Of a DNA stretch of 49,131 bases, positions 34,003-44,233 are shown piece by piece (the first letter of the stretch is position 1; each line of letters starts with the position of its first letter). The notes under the pieces were generated by a model. That model was not told the origin of the DNA. It did no database searches and was given only the letters and a program-made list of their open reading frames with translations. Position numbers and translations under genes: made by a program. Origin of the DNA: Basidiobolus meristosporus CBS 931.73 (taxonomy: Eukaryota; Fungi; Basidiobolomycota); NCBI GenBank assembly GCA_002104905.1, contig MCFE01000658.1, positions 1 through 49,131 of the forward strand, written 5' to 3'.

Positions 34003-36744
34003 TCACTTCGAGCCGGTGTGATGGGAATGGGTGTGGGTGTGGGTGTGGGTGTGAGGATGGGTGTGTATAGGTTTGAGGGCGTGGATGAAGTTCGTCCGTG
34101 GAGGGGTGTGGATGTCGGATTTCTTGAGACTAGACAGCTCGTTCTCGAGGGCGATCAAAAAGTCCACTTTGGATTTCTTGTCTGGGTGTTGGAACACGTA
34201 TTTGTTGGTGGTTTCTGACGGGGGCTTCTTCGCTTTCCTCGCGACCTCTCCATCCCCTGACGACTGTGCCAGCGGGGAGTGGGAGCGCGGGGACGAGGGG
34301 GAAGGCGGCGAGTCGCCCCTGGATCCGACCTGTGTATTGATGGTAAGCTCACCCGCCGTCTTGGGGGAAAGGCCGGATTGGTGCTCGTTGGAAGGAGATG
34401 AAGGGTTGGAAACAAAGATCACCGTCATGTTCACTCCGTCTAACGGCCAGATATCGGGTTAGGATGACACAGCAATAAACAGTGAGCGATAACCCCAATT
34501 ACCTTGGCTGTCCGGCACATTGAACATAATGATGTGTCGTAGGTCGATCAATCTCACGAAGATCCACTTCTCCGTCGGCTTAAGCGGGCGCCCCTTGGAC
34601 GGGGTTGTAAGCATCAAATAGTCCGAATACAAAACCAGGTGCAGCTTGCGATTGGTCCGTGTCTCCAAAACTCCGGTTTCCAGAGTGAACCTTCGATTGG
34701 CATTGATCATCGTGGGCTAGACGTAAGCGTTACTACTTGTTCGTTGGGATTCCGGCCCGAGGGGAATACTAACCGGACAGTTCCGAACGGCGTTGTACAT
34801 GGTGAAGAGTTGGGTCCTCTCCTCCTCCCGCTGTTTGACCTCGTTTACCCTCACCGCGAGTGACGTCATAAACTCCAAAGCCTTCTCGACGTTTCTGAAG
34901 TCCGGGTGATCGGGCTTCGTCTGTTTACGAAGATCTAAAGGTGGGGGTGAGAAAAAGCACACCTGACCACCGACAGCGCGAGATGGCTTTACCTTTCAGG
35001 AGCAGTGTGTAGCGGGTGACTCTTTGGATGGGGATGATCAGGAGCTCCTTCAGCGTTTGCCGCTTGGTGGTCTTTCTTGCCACATGCTGCGAGGGAAACG
35101 AGTGAGAAACCTGGTCAGTGTGGCTGATCGAAGCTCATCCTTTACCTTGGTAAAGCTGTAGAACGAATGGGTGGCCTCAGCCCTTCGAATCGCCTCCCTG
35201 GCAAACGAATAATTGTCTACGAATCGTGGATAGATTTCCCACGCTTTCTGGCGCCTCAAGAAGAGGACCCCTACTCGAGTCTCCTTGTCCCAATGCTCGA
35301 CCATATCCTTCAGCTCCTGGCAGATCTCCTGACTGAGATCGTACAACGACTCTATCCCTTCGAAAATGATCTTCGTGTCGCGCGGGGGGATGATGGGATG
35401 GGAGGATTTGGCGGATTTCTGGATGGGGATCATGAAAGTCTACATGAGAAACAAGGTGAGTCCAGCTGCCACGGACGGAGAACGCGATCTGTCATACGCA
35501 CATTGAGGATGATCTCCAAATTCTCCAGGTAATTCAACTCCGTGGTCAGTATCTCGTCCACTACGTAAAACCGGCCTTCGTTGAACACCGGCCGCACTCC
35601 TTGACGCTGAGGTAATTGAGAACTCGATCAGAAAGATGCACATGCCCCCCGATCATACAACACAAACAAACCAGGTGCTTCGATGCTGCAAATACTTTGC
35701 TCTTTGAAGAAACGTTAGTTGCCATCCCGCGCGCGACTGCTACCTGAGCTCTCTTACCGTGAAAATTTTCTTCTTAGATTCGGTGGCCAGATCAAGCCGA
35801 GGCGACGTCACCTGCGATGGGCTTTTGTCTACATGCTTCTCGTATTTTGCGTTCAAGCTTTGGGACCGCTTGGGCTCCTTTTCGCCGATGCTTACAGGCG
35901 CAGCAGGGTCGGACCTAGTTGAATAGTCACTATAAATAGAGAGTGTATCCAGAGACACGCTGGAATCGTTGCGCGTCAACTCGGCACTCTTTCCAGAAGC
36001 CGGGCTTCCCTGTGAATGACTACGCTGTATGGTCCCTGCCTCAGGCTGGATCGCCCTGCTCATACCCGACACGGGGGCTTTTGCGACCGAGATCAATGGT
36101 AAATCATCTTCGAGAGAGACACTACGACGTGCTGGAATGCTAGCGTCCGATTTCTCCGTTCTGTTGAGCTGAGCTTGTATCTCGTCGACGCTGAAGGATC
36201 GGTGGATGGAATCCAATGTGCAGGACCTCCTACGAAAGGGGGACCGAAAGGATTTCGCGTCTTTCTTCGACTCGGCCGCCTGGCTCGAAGATAGCTCGGG
36301 GTAGCTCTTTTTCTTCGTCTGAGCGCTTCCCGATTCAAACAGGTCCAGGACCCCCCAACCGGACTTCTTCCAAGGGTCGTTCTCGGAATACATGGAACCC
36401 TCGCTGTCGGTTTGAGAAGAGCCGCTCTCGGACCGATTTAATATGGAGGGGCTGGATTTCCTCGTCTTGAAAAGATGGAAGCTACGAAAGTTGTATTTCG
36501 GATGGAAATGGTACGTTTTCGCCTTGCCCTCCATTTCCTTCTTGTGCGCACTGCTGCTCCTCGGCTCGCTGTGTGGTTGGTTTTGGGTGGCGGGGCGACC
36601 CGTTTCCGGTGGACCTTTGGGGGAATGTTTGAGAAAATTGTCGGAAAGGTTCTTGTTGGACTGAACAGAAAAGTCAGACTCGGTCTCTGAGAGGGAGGCT
36701 GCTGTAGACCTTGAAGAGTATACTTTCGTCGGGTCCTGAGTCAT
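34003..36744 (-). CDS. DH-PH RhoGEF with long Ser-rich N-terminus, multi-exon
   Basis: Exon 1 (36744 to about 35759) ends at a GTAAGA donor; VVDEILTTELNYLENLEII, IIFEGIESL, LLIIPIQRVTRYTLLLK, LRKQTKPDHPD, then PH-like LVLYSDYLML and YVFQHPDKKSKVDFL. The 3' end is uncertain. Confidence 0.85.
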
Positions 36745-37514
36745 ATTTCCCCAAGTGTGTAAACAGAATCAAATATCGCGTATAGCTAGCAAAGTACCGA
36801 TCGGGTGGTGACGAAAAGAGAGGCGACGACCGCTACTGAAAAGAATGGGCAAGTGAGGCCAAAGAAAACGGGAAGAGCTGGTTCAAGAAAAAAAGGGCAG
36901 AAACCACATTCGGGGTCGAAATAGAAGAGGTATCTAAAAATCTATATCAGCGGTGTTCATAAATAACGATCGAAGCTAGTGGGTACGAATGTCAATGAAA
37001 TCCAAATTTCACGCAAGCCAACAAGGGACTGAAAAAATCTACTAAACGATGACCAAGCAAGGACTGATCCTATTGAAATGAAAACAAACTATCATTGATG
37101 ACCTTAAATTCCCGAACCATTGTCTAATTATAATATGATCACTTCTGGATCTTTGCTGATCCAATCGCCGGGTAGTTGCTTACAGAAGTCTATATTTGAT
37201 GCGTCTTATTTGGCGATATTTACTATGCTGATGGACCAATTGCTGTCCATGGAAACAACGAGAGATTTCGTTGAGGCTAGCTCCATTGGTCGTCAATGTT
37301 GTACGGGTGCGCGTGTTCTATCATAACAAACAGATGAAGATCTGCTGATAAGTAGCATTTGGCGTAGGATAAAAATAGCCTAGCTGATGGTTGAAGTTAT
37401 TTATTGTACATTTCCGAGATTTAAATAATACATAATATAAGCATCTGGTTTGAGAAGCGATGGTGGTAGCTATCCTGGAGAAGCGAGTGTTGTTATTCTT
37501 AGGTGTACATGGGC

Positions 37515-37778
37515 TTAGCGAGACGCGTCATAGAAGTGGAATCCAGTAGCATCGAGTCCTTCCACTCCACCTAGTGTAAGGGCGAAGCCGGCCATGTTAC
37601 GAGATTGTTCCATTCTGCGCTTCTGCTTGAAGTTTCTGGGGGTAGAGGACTGGGTTGAGCATTTTCTTGATTGGGTTATTGTACCCTCGGTCTTGCTGAT
37701 GGTTTGGGTGACAGGCTCATTAAGACGTCGAGTAAACAGTCGGGTGGTTGAATTAACTATGCTGCCAAGGAATGACAT
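37515..37778 (-). CDS. Hypothetical 87-aa protein
   Basis: True ATG in a pyrimidine-rich leader, non-repetitive composition; no recognisable domain. Confidence 0.4.
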   Translation of the reverse strand: MSFLGSIVNSTTRLFTRRLNEPVTQTISKTEGTITQSRKCSTQSSTPRNFKQKRRMEQSRNMAGFALTLGGVEGLDATGFHFYDASR

Positions 37779-38520
37779 TGGTAAAGGAAGGGATAATGAA
37801 AGTGGTATTCGGCCTATTCCTTATGTTACTTATATTGAGGAGTGGTAGGCCGAGACTGATCCAGATGCCACGTGAGCGTATGAATTATGGGGACGAGGGT
37901 TCTGGAAGCCATGATGGAGTGGGATGGGTGGGATGAGTGGGCATTGCATTGGGTTGAATCATGTTATCGATCACCGTGCCCACTCATAGATTCAGAGTTC
38001 CCTGATTTATCTCATCATATCCTGTATTTAATCCTCAGTAATCCCTAATTTATCCCTTACTTTCCCTGATTTATCCTATCAATATTGACGATTTCGATGG
38101 TTTTGGAGGTTCACGTGGTTCAGAGATTTCATCTATCTTGGGAGGATTTGGGCCCATACGCAACGATTGGCTTGTGAGGTTGACTATGGTGATCTCTGCC
38201 TAGAAAGCTTAGTAATCATGCTGTTGCCGGAATATTCAACTAGCCTTGGCAACTAGTGATACTCGTTTAGTGTCTATGTATGAAATGGTGATATCCGAGA
38301 ATTCCATCGCTTTGATAATACGAACGTTGTTGCTCATTTCTATTTTTTGTGGTGCCACCAGGAGATGTTGATGTACTATGCAACAGCACATTGTATGGTA
38401 TGCGCTTAGCAACATACACTTGGCAGTAGGAATCGAAAGAGTACATAGCATAACTACTACACGAAGTAGATGGATGCTTTATTGGCATAGTATCATTTAC
38501 GAGGACGAAACAATCATGCG

Positions 38521-39237
38521 TCAGTATCCAACCTTTTTGGTTGACAGGGCAAATACGTGAATATGGCCTTTGATACCTTTCTGGTAGGGATGAACGTCAT
38601 AGACTTCTTTAGCTGTAGGGAACTCTACATAGGCAACCTCTTTGCTGGGGTCAAGATCCACCTCGGCGATGTAAATTCGAACATCACCGCCATTGGTTGC
38701 AGCCAATCCATTGATTGCAATCTTGTTCCCAGGTGCTAATTCAATTTTCCATTTCCAGTCCGAGGAGCCTACTCTCTCCACCTGTGTGGTACAATCCGTA
38801 TAGACGACCTTGAACTTCCCACCAAAGTTGCCCATGTCGCTAGACAAGAGGAATCCAAGTCGAGTAGCTCCCGGTACTGAGGCGACCTTCACTTTCTGAC
38901 CACCTTCAATCCAATTATCCTTCTTGCTTTTACCCCAATGAGGCAGAGTAAACTTGTAACCATTTACTCGGACAACTTTTCCGGGGCCCCAACCAGCTTT
39001 TAGCAACGAGGAAGCCTTATACCCAGGTCCCCATTTGGCTACTACATCAAAGTTGGCGGGGTCCGTTTTCTGGTCCAAAGAGATGGCCTTGTTATTGAAT
39101 GGAGCTTGAGTATTGGGCGCGTCACATCTCTTTTCCTCCTCGTAGGACTCCCCATAGCCTCCCTCTTCACCATATTCACCACCTAGTACAAACTGAGCGG
39201 TGGCAACAAGAACAATCAGCGAGTACAGGAAGCGCAT
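38521..39237 (-). CDS. Secreted 238-aa protein with actinobacterial-type beta-sandwich/CBM-like domain, intronless
   Basis: Signal peptide MRFLYSLIVLVATAQFVLG, acidic pro-region ending KR, then FNNKAIS...ANFD...KDNWIEGGQ...LGFL...VVYTDCTTQ...SDW...LDPSKEVAYVEFP...IHVFAL. Confidence 0.8.
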   Translation of the reverse strand: MRFLYSLIVLVATAQFVLGGEYGEEGGYGESYEEEKRCDAPNTQAPFNNKAISLDQKTDPANFDVVAKWGPGYKASSLLKAGWGPGKVVRVNGYKFTLPHWGKSKKDNWIEGGQKVKVASVPGATRLGFLLSSDMGNFGGKFKVVYTDCTTQVERVGSSDWKWKIELAPGNKIAINGLAATNGGDVRIYIAEVDLDPSKEVAYVEFPTAKEVYDVHPYQKGIKGHIHVFALSTKKVGY

Positions 39238-39315
39238 GTCAATATATGGCCAAAGAGGAGGGGCGGAGGAGAAGGATTCGGTGGAAGGTGACTACAAACC
39301 AGAATTGAACTTCCC

Positions 39316-39323
39316 TATTTATA
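39316..39323 (-). promoter_or_regulatory. TATA box (TATAAATA) of the secreted-protein gene
   Basis: About 80 bp upstream of the ATG at 39237. Confidence 0.55.
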
Positions 39324-39863
39324 CTGAGCTAGAGGCTCATCAATATGAGACAGTGTAGCACGCTACATTGCTGTTTTTATCAGTATTGCGGGTAAAGTGG
39401 TGCTTGCAGGAAGCATTGAAGAAATGCGAAGATAAATGTCAACCCAGTTGGATATGGTCATGAAACTGCTGGGCTTGATACAGCAAGGGTAAAGTAAAGT
39501 AGGGGTAATTCTACTGCGTTTGAATCAGGTTGAGCCGGTTTCAGGGTTAGCTGGTTAATAGCAGAAAAGATTCGTTTGGTTTGCATTAAGCGCACCAGTC
39601 TGTGATTTGTGTCAACTGTAAGGATGCAAATGGTCCCTAAGAGCGTGAGTGCCTCTTCTGCTAGTGCTGTGATATGAGCTTGCCACCGACGTTGGGGAAA
39701 CGGTGGTCCCTGAGCCTGACCTAGACGACACAGCAACATTGTTCACCATCCTGATCTGTGAAACCTGTTCCTGACATGCTCCGCGTTCCCCTCCTCGTTC
39801 CTGGTGTGGAACTTGGAGGTGAAGACATCACCATCCGCCCCCGTTGTTGATGACCCTTCCATC

Positions 39864-40199
39864 ATGCTAATCAGAGTTTTGATGACAATGGAAGTGATTG
39901 GGAGAACAAGTAGGTAATGTGGTGCTCACTTTATGATCCATGGAATGTAAAGGTGGTATTAACACTTTTACATGATCTTGTCCAAACCAACATGTAAAAT
40001 TTGTTTGGAAAGGTCTCAAGAACATGTGTAGAGTTTGGGGGCCTTTGGACCACTTCAAGTGTTTTTCATATCCTGGGTACCTGATATTTTGTTGCAACAT
40101 CCCAACAAGGAATTTGGGCAAAATACCTTGAGATTTGCAGACTATGGTCTAAGCAATTGATTTGATGGAATATTAGGTGCAATTACTCAACTTACAACA
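39864..40199 (-). mobile_element. Diverged copia LTR
   Basis: Reverse-complement LTR blocks; minus strand begins TGTTGTAAG (40199); left boundary approximate. Confidence 0.8.
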
Positions 40200-40297
40200 A
40201 AGACAAGATAATATACTAGTATTCTATTCATTTGTAATATCTTCATGACTCTAATAATCTGAGTTTGGTAGGTTTTAGATTTGTACTGCTGTAAATT

Positions 40298-40480
40298 TTA
40301 GGGCTAGGGGGGAGACACTCACCAACAGGTGAAATCTTTATTACAGTTGAAACAAAGAAGCCAGTGCTACTGTTGAGCTTTGATACAAGAATGTGTAGGT
40401 AAGGGGAATTTGTAGGTTAGTTAATCAGGAGAGATGATAGTTATTCAGTGCTCAAGACATTGTTCAGTGGGAAGGTGGGA
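40298..40480 (-). mobile_element. Fossil 3' end of the telomeric LINE
   Basis: TTAGGGCTAGGGGGGAGACACTCACCAACAGGTGAAATC...GTTCAGTGGGAAGG aligns to 44196-44378 with roughly 10-15% differences (estimated by eye). Confidence 0.92.
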
Positions 40481-40835
40481 TGAAAATGTTGTAAAAATTT
40501 GTAATTCCACCTAAATATTCACCTAACTTAGTCACTTTGATCATTATCCTCAAATCCTAGAGAATACTGACCAAATTCCTTGTTGGGATTTACTTAGAAT
40601 ATTTTCACCAAAATACCAGGTACCCAGAACATGAAAATTCTCAAAGTTGTCCAAACAGCCCCAAACTTTGCACACATGCTTTTGGGACCTTCCTTAACCT
40701 ATTCTACATGTTTGTAATGCCAAGACCAGGTAAAAGTATAAATACTACTTTTACATTCAATAAATCATTAAGTGAAAACCACATAATCTACTTGTTCTCC
40801 AAATCACTTTCAATATCTCCAAGACTCTTACAATA

Positions 40836-40850
40836 GGTTATGAGCCCCAG
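40836..40850 (+). promoter_or_regulatory. Primer-binding site GGTTATGAGCCC (copia-type, internal tRNAiMet half-molecule)
   Basis: Abuts the LTR end, as does the copy at 44060; nearly identical to the Drosophila copia PBS GGTTATGGGCCC. Confidence 0.8.
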
Positions 40851-41648
40851 GTTGTTACTCTCTGCAATGTCTGCTACTGCTATTACTGGAATTTTTCCCT
40901 CTGCTGAAAAGTTGGATGGATCTAACTACCAAGTGTGGAAGGTGAAGATGAAGATGCTGCTACAAGAAAGAGGCCTTTGGGATATTGTCATGGGAGAAGA
41001 ATGCCCTCCTAAGAATGTGGGAGAGGAAGCCTTAAAGTACCAGAAGAAAGAACAAAGTGCCTTTAACTGCATTTGCCTTAATGTTAAAGACAAGTTGCTA
41101 ATTCAATGCTCAACAGCAAAAACAGCAAAGAATACCTGGAAGGCATTAGAAGACACCTACCAGTTATGTTCAGCTGCTAAGAAAATTTATCTGGGACAAA
41201 AACTCTTCATTACAAAGATGCTGCCAGGAGAAGAAATGAAAAATCTAATCAACAGAATTACCCTGCTGGTAGATGAAATGGAATCTGTGGGTGTACCAGC
41301 TACTGATGAGGATATGATAGTTACCATCCTGAAAAGCCTGACAGACAAGTTTCAGGGCCTTGTATCAGCCCTAGAGTCCAGAACTGAAGATTTGACCTTA
41401 AATTACGTATATGGAAGACTCCTGGATGAAGAATTAAGAAAGTCAAGCACCAATAAGAAAGAAGAAGAAAATGCTTTAATAAGTAATGATAACCAACAAA
41501 GGAGGTACCCAAGACCCTACAAAGGCAACAGCAACCTGTCTTGTAACTACTGCAAAAGGAAAGGACATACATCACACTGGTGCTTCAAAAAGAAAGATAG
41601 TCAGCAGAAAAAGCCTGAATATGCAAATGCTGCAACAACTGAAGATTG

Positions 41649-41998
41649 TGTTGTAAAAACTTGTATTTCCACCTAAATAATCACCTAACTTAGTCACTTA
41701 GATCATCACCTTCAAATCCTAGAGAATACTGACCAAAATTCCTTGTTGGGATTTACTTAGAATATTTTCACCAAAATACCAGGTACCCAGAACATGAAAA
41801 TTCTCAAAGTTGTCCAAACAGCCCCAAACTTTGCACACATGCTCTTGGGACCTTTTTCAACCTATTCTACGTGCCTGTTATGCCAAGATCAGGTAAGAGT
41901 ATAAATACTACTTTTACATTCAATAAATCATTAAGTGAAAACCACATAATCTACTTGTTCTCAAAATCACTTCTAATATGTCCAAGACTCTTACAACA
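41649..41998 (+). mobile_element. Solo LTR nested in the copia gag/pol junction, 5-bp TSD GATTG
   Basis: GATTG(41644-48)-TGTTGTAA...TTACAACA-GATTG(41999-42003). Confidence 0.96.
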
Positions 41999-43709
41999 GA
42001 TTGACTATTTATATTTGCACTAAATATGACCACAAATAATGATTCTCTGATGTGGTATATTGACTCTGGAGCATCTCAACACTTTACACACCAAAAAGAA
42101 CTTTTTACCCAATATCAAGAAATTCCAATTAAGAAGGTTTTCATGGGTGACGATAGAACACTCAATGCAGTGGGAGAAGGAACTATCCAAGTAAACCTAA
42201 GAAGCAGTGAAGGAAGCCATACACTGACTTTCAAAGAAGTACTCTGTGCACCAGAAATAGCCAAGAACTTACTATCTGTAAGCAAGGCCACTGCAGTAGG
42301 ACTCAGTTTCAGTTTTGACAATTCTGGATGCAAGATCACTGATCAAAATGGTGCCCATATTGCTTTGGGTATCCAAGATCAGAATCTTTACTAGTTGACT
42401 TATATTCCATCATATTTGGGAGTCAATATAAGTAACTTAAATGAAGAAACAGCAATGCTTTGGCACAGGAGATTTGGGCACATCAATTTTGATTATTTGC
42501 GCAAAATGATCAAAGATCAGCTAATTTCTGGAGTAAAAATTGATCCCCCAGCTAATTTGGAGCACTGTGAAGCCTGCATATATGGGAAACAAGCCAGACA
42601 ACAGTTCAAAAGCTCTGGGATAATCAAAACTAAGAAATAATTAGATCTAATTCACTCAGATCTGTGTGGACCTATGCAAATTTATCCTTAGGTGGGATGA
42701 AGTATTTAATCACTATTATTGATGATTATACAAGATACACATGGGTCTACTTCATGGAGAGAAAGGAAGAAGCTCTGTCTAAGCTCAGGCAGCTTAAAGC
42801 CATGTTGGAGAGAGAAACTGGTGAAAAAATCAAGAAAATACACTCTGACAATGGTGGAAAACATACCTCAGAACTCTTCATCCACTTCTGCAAAATTTAT
42901 GGGATTAAGCAAGAGACTACTGTACCATACTCCCCACAGCAAAATGGGGTAGCAGAATGTGCTAACAGATCAATAATTTATATGGCAAGATCTATGATCC
43001 ATGATTAAAAATTACCATATGATTTTTGGGTAGAATTAGTTGCCACTGCTGTATATCTTAAAAGTAGAAGTTATAACTGATTACTTTGTGGTTCTACTCC
43101 ATTTGAAGCATGGTATGGATACAGACCAAGTGCAGAACATCTAAGAATACTTGGGTGTACAGCATATGCCAAGAAACCACCCAGAAATCTGTCAAAATTT
43201 GAGCCAAAAGGTGTTAAATGCATATTTTTGGGCTACTGCAATGAGAGTAAAGCATACAGACTCTACAATACCAAAGCAAAGAAGCTAATCAAGTCCAGGG
43301 ATGTGTTATTTGATGAGAATTCAAAATTTTCACAAAAAATGACATCATATGATGACAAAAATCTGATCTCAAGTCCACCAATTTTCAGGATTGAATCAGA
43401 GCAAAAAATTGAAACTTTTTTCACTCCAGAGGACTCTATAACCATGGTTCAGCCAGAATCAGTGCCCAGGAATATCCCAGAAGTGATCTTTCCAGAATCA
43501 AATGCCCAGAGATCTATTTGGACAAGAAATAGCCCAAATTACTATATCATTGAGGGTACAAACTTAGCCTACACCTATTCAGTCGATATTGATGAACCCC
43601 AGACTGTAAAAGAGGCCCTAAATAGCCCTCAGGCAAAGTTTGGGAGATCTGCAATGACTGAGGAATATCAGGCCCTGATGGAAAATCAAACTTGGAACTT
43701 AGTCAATTT

Positions 43710-44197
43710 TGTTGTAAAAATTTGCATTTCCACCTAAATATTCACCTAACTTAGTCACTGAGATCATTACCTTCAAATCCTAGAGAATACTAACCAACTT
43801 CCTTGTTGGGATTTACTTAGAATATTCTCACCAAAATACCAGGTACCCAGAACATGAAAATTCTCAGAGTTGTCCAAACAGCCCCAAACTTTGCACACAT
43901 GTTCTTGGGACCTTCCTTAACCTATTCTACGATGTCTGTAATGCCAAGACCAGGTAAAAGTATAAATGCTACTTTTACATTCAATAAATCATTAAGTGAA
44001 AACCACATAGTCTACTTGTTCTCCAAATCACTTTCATTATCTCCAAGACTCTTACAACAGGTTATGAGCCCTGAGCTGTCACTCTCTGCAATGTCTACTA
44101 CTGCTATTACTGGAATTTTTCCCTCTGCTGAAAAGTTGGATGGATCTAACTACCAAGTGTGGAAGGTGAAGATGAAGATGCTGCTACAGGAAAGAGG
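43710..44197 (+). mobile_element. Second copia copy nested in RT: 5' LTR (43710-44059), PBS, first ~40 gag codons, then truncated
   Basis: TGTTGTAA...TTACAACA-GGTTATGAGCCC; gag repeats 40840-40972 up to ...CAGGAAAGAGG. Confidence 0.95.
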
Positions 44198-44233
44198 GTT
44201 AGGGGGGGAGACAGTCACCAACAGGTGAAATCT

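Larger units (their letters stand above)
40487..43709 (+). mobile_element. Decayed Ty1/copia retrotransposon (5' LTR 40487-40835, PBS, gag, PR, IN, start of RT), 3'-truncated
   Basis: gag KLDGSNYQVWKVKM and CNYCKRKGHTSHWC; PR WYIDSGAS; IN WHRRFGH...CEAC, IHSDLCGP, IHSDNGG, PQQNGVAE, GYCNESKAYRLY; RT AMTEEYQALMENQTWNLV. PR-IN-RT order; several stops and a frameshift. Confidence 0.96.

Noticed and set aside
33667-34005. Open frame continuing about 110 codons past the RhoGEF TGA
   Set aside because: The context is TGA-ATC rather than a leaky one, and the sequence is low-complexity and C-rich on this strand, so few stops are expected anyway.
34030-34054. (GGGTGT)n tract as an interstitial telomere-like repeat
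   Set aside because: It lies in the RhoGEF last exon, encodes His-Thr repeats and does not match TTAGGG.
37998-38076. CCCT(G/A)ATTTATC repeats as degenerate telomere repeats
   Set aside because: Wrong orientation and unit length, only three loose copies.
42390-43080. RIP-like CpA to TpA mutation in the copia (TAG/TAA stops)
   Set aside because: Transition-derived stops can only come from CAA, CAG, CGA or TGG, so a few stops do not show dinucleotide specificity; a multi-copy alignment is needed.
41649-44059. The near-identical ~350-bp repeats as a CRISPR-like array or as paired 5'/3' LTRs
   Set aside because: They are LTRs with TG..CA ends. One has its own TSD and one its own PBS, so they are independent nested insertions.
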